Source: Planctomycetota bacterium (GTDB lineage Bacteria; Planctomycetota; B15-G4). Taken from it: a stretch of 64,000 nucleotides of DNA. Position numbers and translations under genes: made by a program. Within the stretch, counting starts at the first letter, position 1, and each line of letters opens with the position of its first letter. Below are positions 55,186 to 64,000 of this stretch, one piece after another. Location of the stretch: assembly GCA_038212275.1 (NCBI GenBank), contig JBBQUR010000003.1, positions 96,001 to 160,000 on the forward strand. Reading direction: 5' to 3'. The notes beneath the pieces are model-generated. The model worked only from the letters and a program-made list of their open reading frames with translations. It searched no databases and was not told where the DNA came from.

Positions 55186-57255
55186 ATGTCCGCACCCGAC
55201 AAGCTCATCCGCCTCGATCCGCGCAAGCGGGTCCTGTTTCTCACGCGCGACCTCGACCTCATCGGCAGGCAACTGCGCGGTGAGGTGAATCTGCGCATGG
55301 AGGACCTCCGCGTGGAGGACCTCCTCGATGACATCAACACCGACGTGATGACCCCCGCGTGGGTGTGCTTCAACCACCGGCCCGAGGACATCGCGCTCAA
55401 TGCCTATGCCGGCCTCATGAAGGACGGCCAGCGCGTCTTCGGCGAGCGCGCGCTCATGGACGGCGGCTTCGAGGTCATCGTCTCGGGCTTCCGCAAGGGC
55501 ACGGGCAGTTCGCGCGAGACGGCGCCGCAGTGCGAGAAGTGGTGCGGCATCCGGCTGGTCATCGCGGCCTCTTTCGCGCCCATCCACGAGCGCAACAACA
55601 TCAACCTCGGCCAGCTCATGGGCGACCACGCGCAGCTCGTGCGCCTGCAGCGCGGCGAGGCGCTGCCGCTCGAGGAATTCACCGGCCGCTACGACCCGGT
55701 GACGCGCATGATCCTCGAGCTGGGCGGGCTGTTCCCGTTCAGCAAGGCGCTCGTCGAGGGCCGCATCTCGGTCCCGCGCCCGACGACCGCGCCGCGCCCC
55801 ATGAACATGGCGGAGAAGATCCTCTCCGCGCACCTGGTCGGCGGCCCCGGCCCCGTGCAGCCGGGCGACGTCGCCATGGCGCGCGTCGACGGCGGCTACA
55901 GCCACGAGTTCACCACGGCGCAGGTGCATCACTTCCTGCAGCAGGAATTCGGTGACGGCTACGCGCTGCCGGACGCGAGCAAGTTCGCCGTCTTCGAGGA
56001 TCACCTGCTCTACGCCGATGGCGTGAAGCGCATGGCGCCCTTCGCGGACAAGATCGCCACGCTGCGCCGCCTGCAGACCGAGTTCATGAATCACACCGGC
56101 GTGCGCGACTACCAGAGCCGCGGCGGCATCTCGCCCGGCATCTGCCACGAGGTCGCGCGGCGCGACTTCATCGACCCGGGCGACTTCGTGCAGGCCACCG
56201 ACAGTCACACCTGCATGGGCGGCGGCAACAACGCGCTGGCCTGGGGCGTGGGCGCGACGGAATACGCGGCGCTCATCGCGAGCGGCGCGACCTTCGTGCA
56301 GGTGCCGGAGAGCATCCGGTTCGAGCTGGTGGGAACGCTCGCGCCCGACGTCACCGCCAAGGACGTGATGCTGCACATCCTCGCCAACCACGCGCGCCAG
56401 GAGCTGACGCTCGACCGCGTGATGGAGTTCGGCGGTCCCGGCCTGCTGGGCATGTCATTGGACGAGCGCGCGACGCTGGCCAACATGGCCACCGAGTGCA
56501 CCGCGAAGACCGGGATCTGCGAGGGCGACGAGAAGCTGGTGGACTGGATTCTCGCGAACCGCGCGTCCGACGCCGCCAACGCGTCGAGCGGCGCGGCGGG
56601 AGATGCCGCGCGGGCCCGCACTGCCGCGGCCGGAGCCGCGCCGACGCGCGAGGCGCTGCGTGCCAAGCTCGTCGCGCCGGACAAGGGCGCGACCTACGCG
56701 GGCGGCGTGCACGTCATCGACCTCTCCACGCTGCGCCCGATGGTCGCGCACCCGGGAGACCCCGACCGCGGCATCCCGAGCGACCCGACCAACGGCGCCT
56801 TCGTCGCCGACCTCGGCGCCGTGAAGATCGACATCGCTTACGCCGGCTCCTGCACCGCCGGCAAGGTGGACGACTTCGAGATGTACGCCCGCGTGCTGAA
56901 GGACGCCGTCGACTCCGGCCGCAAGGTCGCCCCCGGTGTGCAACTCTTCATCCAGTACGGCAGCGAGGCGACCGCGAAGGTCGCGCGGGCCAAGGGCTGG
57001 GACAAGATCTTCGAGGCCGTCGGCGCGCAGATCATCAATCCGGGTTGCGGTGCGTGCATCGGGTGCGGGCCGGGCGTGTCGGACACGCGGGAGCAGGTCA
57101 CGGTGTCTGCGATCAACCGCAACTTCCAGGGCCGCAGCGGGCCGGGGAAGCTTTATCTCGCGTCGCCGTTGACCGTCGCCGCGAGTGCGATCGAGGGCCG
57201 CATCGTGAGCTACGCGCCGGGGATGTTCCGCGATCCAGTGGGGGCTGGGCGCTAG
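55186..57255 (+). CDS. Aconitase-family Fe-S hydro-lyase; swivel (LeuD-like) domain fused N-terminal to a LeuC-like domain
   Basis: N-terminal DDINTD, GTGSSRE, ASFAPIHERNNINLG; then AEKIL, DH, GICH, TDSHT, GSCT, PGCGACIG, NRNFQGRSG, LASP. Confidence 0.9.
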   Translation: MSAPDKLIRLDPRKRVLFLTRDLDLIGRQLRGEVNLRMEDLRVEDLLDDINTDVMTPAWVCFNHRPEDIALNAYAGLMKDGQRVFGERALMDGGFEVIVSGFRKGTGSSRETAPQCEKWCGIRLVIAASFAPIHERNNINLGQLMGDHAQLVRLQRGEALPLEEFTGRYDPVTRMILELGGLFPFSKALVEGRISVPRPTTAPRPMNMAEKILSAHLVGGPGPVQPGDVAMARVDGGYSHEFTTAQVHHFLQQEFGDGYALPDASKFAVFEDHLLYADGVKRMAPFADKIATLRRLQTEFMNHTGVRDYQSRGGISPGICHEVARRDFIDPGDFVQATDSHTCMGGGNNALAWGVGATEYAALIASGATFVQVPESIRFELVGTLAPDVTAKDVMLHILANHARQELTLDRVMEFGGPGLLGMSLDERATLANMATECTAKTGICEGDEKLVDWILANRASDAANASSGAAGDAARARTAAAGAAPTREALRAKLVAPDKGATYAGGVHVIDLSTLRPMVAHPGDPDRGIPSDPTNGAFVADLGAVKIDIAYAGSCTAGKVDDFEMYARVLKDAVDSGRKVAPGVQLFIQYGSEATAKVARAKGWDKIFEAVGAQIINPGCGACIGCGPGVSDTREQVTVSAINRNFQGRSGPGKLYLASPLTVAASAIEGRIVSYAPGMFRDPVGAGR

Positions 57256-57371
57256 GAGGGTAGATTCCCGCGGATTCCGAGGTGCATCAGTGCCCAGATC
57301 AGTGAGATGTCGTCGCTCAAACCACCGATCAGCAGTTCGATTTCACCCGGGCTGGGAAAGTCGGGATGCCG

Positions 57372-57692
57372 TCAGCTGATGTCGTGCAGCAGTCTGCCGA
57401 GATCTTCCGGGTCCCGCGCGCCATGGACGATGGACACGATCGTCACTGGTTTCGAGCGCGGCGCGTAGACGACGAGCCAGGAGAACAGCGCCCAGAATCG
57501 CAGCGATGGATCTTCGGTGAGGTCGGGCCGTCGATGTCCCAACGAAGGGCGCTCCGCAAGCAACTGAAACGCCGTGGCGAACTCCGTGAGCACGTGATCC
57601 GCCGTGGCAGCACTGGCTGCTTCCACGACGTATCCGATGATCTCGGCCAGGTCGCGCTCCGCACGTGTCGTCAGCTTGAAGTTCGGGCTCAC
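57372..57692 (-). CDS. parE: ParE/RelE-family toxin
   Basis: LTTRAERDLAEI, LAERPSLGHRRPDL, LVVY, IVHGARD. Confidence 0.88.
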   Translation of the reverse strand: MSPNFKLTTRAERDLAEIIGYVVEAASAATADHVLTEFATAFQLLAERPSLGHRRPDLTEDPSLRFWALFSWLVVYAPRSKPVTIVSIVHGARDPEDLGRLLHDIS

Positions 57693-57946
57693 GCACGCTT
57701 GCGACGACGTGCCGTCTTGATGGTGGAACGGATGCCTGCCACCGCCTTGGCTCCGTCGACGACCCGTCCGGCCTTCAGGTCTGCAAGCCCCTCGCCGATC
57801 TTGCGTCTGACTTCAGCTTTCCACTCATCGTCGTCAGACAGCAGACGCAATCCCTCCCGCACGACTTCGCTGGCGGAGCTGTAGCGGCCCGAGGCGACCT
57901 TCTTGCTGATGAAGGCTTCCAGTTCACGGGTGAGGTGGATGTTCAT
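57689..57946 (-). CDS. parD: ParD-family (RHH) antitoxin
   Basis: MNIHLTRELEAFI..KVASGRYSSASEVVREGLRLL; overlaps the toxin start. Confidence 0.92.
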   Translation of the reverse strand: MNIHLTRELEAFISKKVASGRYSSASEVVREGLRLLSDDDEWKAEVRRKIGEGLADLKAGRVVDGAKAVAGIRSTIKTARRRKRA

Positions 57947-58074
57947 GCGGGGAAGTGTAGCCACCCTGTCCGATACTGGCCAGATCGGACAGGCCGGATT
58001 CGCGCTCTGCCGTGTCGGTCACCCGGCCTCACGGGCATCGCCCCGTTTCCCACTTCGTCCTGGAGGAGTTCCCC

Positions 58075-58527
58075 ATGCCCGCTGCCACCGGCACCGTCCG
58101 CTTCCAGCGCGTGCTCCGCGCGCCGCCCGACCGCATCTACCGCGCCTTCATCGACCCGGACGCGATGGTGAAGTGGCTGCCGCCGCATGGCTTCACCGGC
58201 AAGGTGCACCAGATGGATGCGCGCGTCGGCGGCTCCTACAGGATGTCCTTCACGAACTTCAGCAATCAGCAGAGCCACTCCTTTGGCGGCACGTACCTCG
58301 AGCTGGTGCCGGGCGAGCGCATCCGGCACACGGATGTCTTCGATGACCCGAACCTGCCCGGCGAGATGCAGGTCACGATCACGCTGAAGAAGGTGCTGGT
58401 CGGAACCGAGGTGAACATCGTGCAGGAAGGCATTCCGGCGGTGATCCCGCCCGAAGCCTGCTGCCTCGGCTGGCAGGAGTCGCTGTCGCTGCTCACGCTG
58501 TTGGTCGAAGCCGAGATTCCTTCCTGA
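58075..58527 (+). CDS. SRPBCC (AHSA1-like) family protein
   Basis: RVLRAPPDRIYRAF, WLPP, DARVGGSYRMSF, GWQESL; GGAGGAG SD. Confidence 0.9.
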   Translation: MPAATGTVRFQRVLRAPPDRIYRAFIDPDAMVKWLPPHGFTGKVHQMDARVGGSYRMSFTNFSNQQSHSFGGTYLELVPGERIRHTDVFDDPNLPGEMQVTITLKKVLVGTEVNIVQEGIPAVIPPEACCLGWQESLSLLTLLVEAEIPS

Positions 58528-58575
58528 GGCACGCGCCGTTGCGGGTGCGGAGGATCTGCGGCAAGCTGGACTCGC

Positions 58576-59187
58576 GTGGGGACCAGCAGAAGATTCGCCG
58601 CACTGGCAGCGTTCGGAGCGGTTGTGGGCGCTGCCCTCTGGGTGGTGAGCGCGCTTGGCGATGGCGCTCAACCCGCTGCGACGCAACCGGGTGATCTGCT
58701 CCGCATGTCCTCGCCCTCGCCCGCAGCGGCGCCCGTCCTGTCCGAGGCGCGCACTGCAGTGCCGGAGCCGCTGGTCGTGCCGACCGCAGCAGACGCGCCG
58801 GCCGCGGGGCCGGGCTTCACGATCGAAATCTCCACGATGTGGATGCTGCCCACGGGAGCGCAGGGTCCGTCCTCCGTCGCGGCGCTCGAAGTCGGCATCA
58901 GCAACCGCTATGGCGAAACGGGCGAAGCCTTGATGCCCTTGAAGACTGCGCCGGACGGGAAGGCGCAGGTCGCATTCCCGCGGAGCCGCGTGCCAGAGGC
59001 GACGCCCGGGCAGCAGCAGTGGTTGTGGTTGCGCTCGGCAGGCGCCGGGCTGCTCACGCGCACCGCGTGGGAGCGGCTGCCCGGAGCCGACGGCGCCTAT
59101 CTTGGCGAAGCCGTGATGACCCGCCCGGACAGCAGCCCTCCCGAACTCGCGGCGCGCCTGATCGAGAACTTCCTCGACGCGCCGTGA
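58576..59187 (+). CDS. Hypothetical exported/membrane-anchored protein
   Basis: N-terminal hydrophobic segment; fills the gap between genes. Confidence 0.5.
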   Translation: MGTSRRFAALAAFGAVVGAALWVVSALGDGAQPAATQPGDLLRMSSPSPAAAPVLSEARTAVPEPLVVPTAADAPAAGPGFTIEISTMWMLPTGAQGPSSVAALEVGISNRYGETGEALMPLKTAPDGKAQVAFPRSRVPEATPGQQQWLWLRSAGAGLLTRTAWERLPGADGAYLGEAVMTRPDSSPPELAARLIENFLDAP

Positions 59188-59250
59188 TCGAGGCGGCTCG
59201 CCGATTGGCCTGGGTTGCACCGAGCCGGCACCCGGCGGCTCGCTGGTAAA

Positions 59251-59287
59251 GAAAACTTGACTAGCAATCCCCGCTAGTCAAGCTTTC
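59251..59287. promoter_or_regulatory. Inverted repeat GAAAACTTGACTAGC-N7-GCTAGTCAAGCTTTC upstream of fic (candidate operator containing TTGACT)
   Basis: 15-bp arms with one mismatch (10-bp perfect core), AT-rich. Confidence 0.6.
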
Positions 59288-59365
59288 GTTCCTGACGAGG
59301 GCCGCAAGGAACGCCATTGTTACTGCTTTCCCTCGTTCCGCGGCGATCCTCGGGAGGACCCGACC

Positions 59366-60547
59366 ATGAAGCGCACCACTGGTACCTACGAGCGCATCAC
59401 CGTGGGCGATGAAGAGGTTGCCTCCTTCATCCCGGCGCCGTTGCCGCCTCGAAATCCGCCGCTCGATGTCTCGGGCGCCTTGGCGGATCGGCTGCATGCC
59501 GCCGAACAGGCGCTCGGCCGCCTTGAACTCGCCGGCGCGATGGTGCCCTCGCTCGATTGGTTCATCTACGCCTTCGTCCGCAAGGAAGCCGTCATCACCT
59601 CCCAGATCGAGGGCACGCAGTCCACGCTCATGGACCTGCTGCGCTTCGAGACGGAGGACGGGGCTGCGCCAGGGGCCGATCTCGAGGAGGTCTGCAACTA
59701 CCTCGTGGCCCTGACGTGGGCGCGGAGCCGACTCTCCGACAGCAGGGGCCTGCCGCTCTCCATGCGGCTGCTCAACGAAACGCACGCACGGCTGATGCAG
59801 GGAGTGCGCGGCGCCGACAAGCATCCCGGCGAGGTGCGCCGGAGCCAGAATTGGATCAGTGGATCGCGGCCGGGAAACGCGGCCTTCGTGCCGCCACCTC
59901 CGCACGCGATTCCTGATCTGCTGGCCGAGCTCGAGAAGTCGATGCACGCGAAGCAGGGTCACCCGGCGCTCATCCGCGCAGGCCTGCTGCACGTGCAGTT
60001 CGAGACAATCCATCCATATCTCGACGGCAATGGCCGCATCGGTCGTCTGCTCATCATGCTGTTGCTCGAGCACTGGAAGCTGCTGTCACAGCCGTTGCTC
60101 TACCTCAGCCTTTTCTTCAAACGGCATCAAACCGAGTACTACCGGCGACTTGGCGCGGTACGCACCGATGGCGATTGGGAGGGTTGGTTGGACTTCTTCC
60201 TCGACGGTGTGGCAACCATTGCCAAGGAAGCTGCGACCGATGCGCGTGAACTCTTTGCACTCGTGACCCGCGACCGCGAGCGGGTCGTTGCCGCCGACGA
60301 CGCATCCGTTGGGGCCATCCGACTCTTTGAGGGCCTGCCAAAGCATCCGATTGTGAGCGTCAGCTCCGCCATGCGACTGCTTCAGACCACGAAGCCGACG
60401 GCTTCCCGCGCGATCGACGTGCTGGTCAAGGTGGGAGTCCTCGCAGAGACGACCGGGCGTCAGCGTGATCGCTGGTTCGCCTACCAGAAGTACCTGGAGC
60501 GCCTGCGGGTGGGCACGGATCGGGAGCCGCCGCGCGGAAGGCGCTGA
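59366..60547 (+). CDS. Fic family protein (Fic_N + Fic + C-terminal HTH; class II auto-inhibited)
   Basis: HPYLDGNGRIGR catalytic motif; TSQIEG inhibitory (S/T)xxxE(G/N) motif; GGGAGG SD. Confidence 0.93.
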   Translation: MKRTTGTYERITVGDEEVASFIPAPLPPRNPPLDVSGALADRLHAAEQALGRLELAGAMVPSLDWFIYAFVRKEAVITSQIEGTQSTLMDLLRFETEDGAAPGADLEEVCNYLVALTWARSRLSDSRGLPLSMRLLNETHARLMQGVRGADKHPGEVRRSQNWISGSRPGNAAFVPPPPHAIPDLLAELEKSMHAKQGHPALIRAGLLHVQFETIHPYLDGNGRIGRLLIMLLLEHWKLLSQPLLYLSLFFKRHQTEYYRRLGAVRTDGDWEGWLDFFLDGVATIAKEAATDARELFALVTRDRERVVAADDASVGAIRLFEGLPKHPIVSVSSAMRLLQTTKPTASRAIDVLVKVGVLAETTGRQRDRWFAYQKYLERLRVGTDREPPRGRR

Positions 60548-60564
60548 GTGCGCTGCCCTCGTGC

Positions 60565-61521
60565 TCAGCTGAACACGCGCGCCTCGTGCCACGCCAGCGC
60601 ATCGCGGCTCGGGCACTTCACCGGATCGGCCGGCGGCCGGATGCGCTCGCCAGCCAGGCGGTAGTAGTCCTTGCCGTTGCTGTACTCCTGCTCGACCCGC
60701 TCGCTCACGCGGAAGCGATAGTCCGGGGTGATCGTGACGTAGCCGGCGTCGTAGAGCTTGTGCAGGTCGGCGCGAAGCACCAGCCCGTTCTGGATGTGGT
60801 TGCTCGCCGGCCCGAGGTATGGCTGGATGTGCGCCGCTTCGAGCACGGGGACGACGCGCTCGCCGGTGAGCGCGCAGCGCGAGTCGTAGGCTTCGAGCAA
60901 GCGGAGCCGGAACGTGCCCTGGCCATCGCGCGCCGCGACGACCTGCTCGCGCAAGCGGCGCTCGTCGCATGCCAGCGGCGAGAAGCGGTCGGGCAGCAGA
61001 TCGAGCGGCATCGCGTTCGCGCCGCCCTCGGCGAGCAACTGCATGAGCCGTCGCCCTGGCACGGCGGTCAGGTCGTAGCTGTTGTCGTTGACGATGTTCG
61101 GGCTCCAGCCCTCCGCGGCGCCCCACGGCAGCCAGCGCTCCGGCGGCAGCAACGTGACGTCGCGCAGGACGATGCAGCCGATGGGCAGCGCGCCCGGCGC
61201 CGCGGGATCGGCGCCGCGGAGCCGCGTGATGCTGCTGCGAAACTCCTCGAAGCCCGGTGCGCCGTTCTTCTCGCGGAACAGCGCCCATGCGTCGCGGAGG
61301 GAAACGAGCTGCCAGTGCGCGAAGAAGCCCCAGCCCGCGATGGCGTAGGTCGGCTTCTTGAGGCGCAGGAAGAACGGCGCGCCGGGGCCGATGATCTTCA
61401 CGGCGTGCTGGTCTTTCGGCCGCCAGAAGTTCACCTCGTCGAGGCAGCCGTTGCGGTCGCGCCCCAGCGTGGCGAGGTGGTCGAACCACGTGCGGTCGGT
61501 GTTGGACACGAGCCCGAGCAT
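60565..61521 (-). CDS. HNH endonuclease with N-terminal PUA/EVE-like domain (putative modification-dependent restriction enzyme)
   Basis: GQGTFR..LLEAY..RCALTG..LEAAHIQPY..NGLVLRADLHKLYD; N-terminal TDRTWF, EVNFWRP, IAGWGFF. Confidence 0.8.
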   Translation of the reverse strand: MLGLVSNTDRTWFDHLATLGRDRNGCLDEVNFWRPKDQHAVKIIGPGAPFFLRLKKPTYAIAGWGFFAHWQLVSLRDAWALFREKNGAPGFEEFRSSITRLRGADPAAPGALPIGCIVLRDVTLLPPERWLPWGAAEGWSPNIVNDNSYDLTAVPGRRLMQLLAEGGANAMPLDLLPDRFSPLACDERRLREQVVAARDGQGTFRLRLLEAYDSRCALTGERVVPVLEAAHIQPYLGPASNHIQNGLVLRADLHKLYDAGYVTITPDYRFRVSERVEQEYSNGKDYYRLAGERIRPPADPVKCPSRDALAWHEARVFS

Positions 61522-61574
61522 CAGCGACAGATCTCCCGGCCGTCAGCGTAGCCGGTCGTCGATTCGCCTCGCAG

Positions 61575-61962
61575 TCAGTTCTTCGCCGCCTTCGCTCCCG
61601 CCACGCACAGACAGCTCGCCCCGATCGTCACGTCCGCCTGCGCCCACGCCTTGCGAAAGCGCTCATCCACCTGCGCGGCTTCGGCGACGCGGCCCGCTTC
61701 GAGCAGCACCGCGCCGAGCGCGTGCCGCACCGGCAGCGGCCACTCGGGCGGCTCCATGTAGGCGACCTGCTTCTCGATCTGCAGCGCGTCCGTGAGCGCG
61801 GCGATGGCGCGCGGCATGTCGCCCTTGCGGTAGGCGATCTCGCCGTCGAGCACCTTCTCGGCGATGGCGAAGATCCGCGTCGCCCCGCGCGTGGTGCCGC
61901 ATCGCGCGCAGGACGGTCAGGTACCCCGGCGGCTCAGGCTCGGCCAGCATCTCGTCCCACAG
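61575..61962 (-). pseudogene. C-terminal remnant of a TPR-repeat protein with frameshift/internal deletions
   Basis: WDEMLAEPEPP..RHHARG in one frame, then IAEKVLDGEIAYR..YMEPPEWPLPVRHALGAVLLEAGR..RFRKAWAQADVTIGASCLC in another; no 5' portion. Confidence 0.65.
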
Positions 61963-62000
61963 CGACTTCGGAGCAAGCAGTCAATGCGGTCGACTTTGCA

Positions 62001-62039
62001 GTGACAAGCTGTGACACGGAGCTGTGACAGGGTGTGACA
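62001..62039. repeat. Four GTGACA direct repeats (spacing 10/13/10 nt)
   Basis: GTGACA at 62001, 62011, 62024, 62034. Confidence 0.7.
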
Positions 62040-62464
62040 CGGTGGCTGTGCCGTCTGTAGAGCCGATCCAGGTGTTGCACTGGCGCGGATGCGCAGGCGA
62101 GGACTCATGGATCACGGAATGACAGGCGCCAGCACTTCGCCGAGTTCGACCTCCTCTCGCAGTCGATCCGCCTTTTCGTCCCCGACACGACCTTTGTGCG
62201 TGCCAAGCAGCGCTGCCGGTGGAGCGGTGTCGGCCTGAGGCGAGACGGCCCGGGATGCGGACGTTGCGCGTGTTCGTGAAACGAGCGCGGCCTCGCAGCG
62301 CCTCGCAGCGCCGCCGTGCCGTGGTAGAACCTGCCTCCTGCCTGCGGGAAGCAGGCGGTCCTCCTGGAGTGCACGATGACTCGCTCAAGACAGGCCGCGC
62401 AAAGGAGAGGCGCCAGGATCGTGTTCAGCGCCACAATCGCGGGCTCGGGGGCGGAGGTTCGGGC

Positions 62465-63304
62465 GTGAGCGTCGGCGACATGCTCCTGCGCCTGCGCAGC
62501 CGCAGCCTCTGGCACGACCCGGCGCGCACGCTGCTGACGCTCGAGAGTTTCGCGCGGACGGAAGAAGACGGCGGCCGCGACATCGCCTCGGCCGCGCGGC
62601 GCGTGACCGATCGCGAGCTTGCCAATCACCTGCACCGGCACGCGCTGGACGAGGTGAAGCACGCCGGGCTCTTCAAGCGCCGTGCCGCCGAGCTGCGCAC
62701 GGCCGGCGAGTCCGCGGCGACGGCGGCGCGCGAGGCCGAGGTCGCCGCCGACAGCGCCTACGACCTGTCGCGCGGCCGGCCGTCCACCGAGGTGGACGCG
62801 CACGGCTTCCTCACCCTGGGCCTGCTGGACGAGCTGGGCGAGGTGCCCTACGTGGCGATGCTGCACGTCGCCGAGCAGCGGGCCGCGGCGCTCTTCCACG
62901 TGCACCGCGACCTGACGCGCCACGACCCGCAGACCTGCGCCATCTTCGAGGAGATCCTGCGCGACGAGAATTATCACGTCGCGTGGACTGCTGCGATGCT
63001 GAAGTCCTGGCGCACCGCCGGCCGCGACGAGGAGGTGACGGCCGCGCTCAAGTCGGCGAAGGCCAATCGCTGGCTGGGCGCGTGGAAGCGCCTCGGCGTG
63101 CGATCGGGCGGCCACTTCGGGCGCGTGGTGCTCGTGGTTCTCTACGGCACGTTGCTCGCGCCCTTCGGGCTGGCGGCGCGACGCGGCCGCAACGGACAAG
63201 CCGGCTGGCGCGGCGCGCCCGGCGGCGCGCCACGCAGCGCGTCGGACGCCGGCTCCAGCGCGTCCCGGGAAGCCGCCCTGGCGCGCGCGCGGTCGCAGAA
63301 CTGA
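62465..63304 (+). CDS. Ferritin-like (di-iron carboxylate) protein with a C-terminal SxtJ-like TM segment
   Basis: E(TEE)...DEVKH...E(AEQ)...DENYH; C-terminal FGRVVLVVLYGTLLAPFGLAAR. Start approximate. Confidence 0.7.
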   Translation: MSVGDMLLRLRSRSLWHDPARTLLTLESFARTEEDGGRDIASAARRVTDRELANHLHRHALDEVKHAGLFKRRAAELRTAGESAATAAREAEVAADSAYDLSRGRPSTEVDAHGFLTLGLLDELGEVPYVAMLHVAEQRAAALFHVHRDLTRHDPQTCAIFEEILRDENYHVAWTAAMLKSWRTAGRDEEVTAALKSAKANRWLGAWKRLGVRSGGHFGRVVLVVLYGTLLAPFGLAARRGRNGQAGWRGAPGGAPRSASDAGSSASREAALARARSQN

Positions 63305-64000
63305 TGCAGATCCTCGGCTTGTCGGCCTTTGGCAGTGATGCATCGGCCGTGCTGCTGCGCGACGGCGTCGTCGTGGCCGCCCTGCAGGAGGAGCACTTCA
63401 CGCGCGTGCCGCGCGACGCATCCTTCCCCCGGCGCGCGCTGCGCGCCTGCCTGCGCGAGGGCGGCATCACCACGGCCGAGCTGGACTGGGTCGTGTTCCA
63501 CGAGAAGCCGCTGCGCCGCTTCGAGCGCGTGCTCGCCAGCCAGCTGCGCGGCTTTCCGCGCTCCGCCGGCAGCTTCTCGCGCAGTCTCTTTCTGTGGCTC
63601 GGCGACCGTCTCTGGCTGAAGAACCGCATCGCGACGGAGCTGGGCATCGCGCCGGAGCGCGTGCTCTTCAGCGCCCATCACGAGAGCCACGCCGCCAGCG
63701 CCTTTCTGGCTTCGCCCTTCGCAGACGCGGCGGTGCTCGTCGTCGATGGCGCCGGCGAGTGGGCCACGACGAGCCTGTGGCGCGGCAGCGGTCCGCAGCT
63801 GCAGCTCCTCGACGAGCAGCATTACCCGCACTCGCTCGGACTCTTCGTCTCGGCCATGGCCGAGCATCTCGGCTTCGCTCCGGGCGGCGGCGAGGGCCGT
63901 CTCATGGAACTGGCCGCGCACGGCAAGCCGAGCATGCGCGCGGAAGTCGATCGACTGCTGCGCGTCGGCAGCGACGGCGGCGTGACGCTGGACATGTCCT
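63304..64000 (+). CDS. Carbamoyltransferase (NodU/CmcH/SxtI family), N-terminal part, runs off the window
   Basis: Hand translation from ATG 63304: MQILGLSAFGSDASAVLLRDG..EEHFTR..FPRRA..HEKP..HHESHAASAF..VVDGAGEW..YPHSLGL; TGATG overlap with the upstream stop. Confidence 0.9.
   Translation, partial: MQILGLSAFGSDASAVLLRDGVVVAALQEEHFTRVPRDASFPRRALRACLREGGITTAELDWVVFHEKPLRRFERVLASQLRGFPRSAGSFSRSLFLWLGDRLWLKNRIATELGIAPERVLFSAHHESHAASAFLASPFADAAVLVVDGAGEWATTSLWRGSGPQLQLLDEQHYPHSLGLFVSAMAEHLGFAPGGGEGRLMELAAHGKPSMRAEVDRLLRVGSDGGVTLDMS

Overview
High-GC bacterial chromosomal window. The lineage cannot be proven from the sequence, but gene content and secreted-protein style are suggestive of an uncultured Planctomycetota-like organism. 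It has about 58 protein genes, mostly housekeeping or metabolic: UbiD-family decarboxylase, MPG glycosylase, DusB, a split sugar ABC transporter, ABC-F, xylA/xylB, LemA/HtpX-like, ApaG, EPS glycosyltransferases, ggt, and an hbd-cyclophilin-cyclophilin-crt-thiolase-aconitase-family run. These are interspersed with toxin-antitoxin/defence genes (MNT-HEPN with a nonsense-mutated toxin, a DUF4160-like pair, ParDE, Fic, HNH nuclease). The most striking element is on the minus strand at 19120-24273. There a hand-foldable SAM-I/IV-type riboswitch (P1-P5 plus the L3/3'-tail pseudoknot) and a start-codon-sequestering hairpin lead a tightly packed operon: 74-aa small protein, MoxR AAA+ ATPase, unknown protein, HExxH-peptidase/vWA protein and a divergent, C-terminally short MetK (SAM synthetase) homologue. 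Other unannotated signals: a ~155-nt nested rod-like RNA structure behind a sigma70-like promoter upstream of hbd, a 38-aa microprotein, a 33-bp near-perfect palindrome upstream of the xylAB region, a Cys-rich YHS/BNR secreted module, a ferritin-like gene coupled to a degenerate carbamoyltransferase, and recurrent leaderless-type promoters. No CRISPR array, rRNA, tRNA or intact transposase/integrase was recognised. All family calls come from motif recognition by eye, not database searches.
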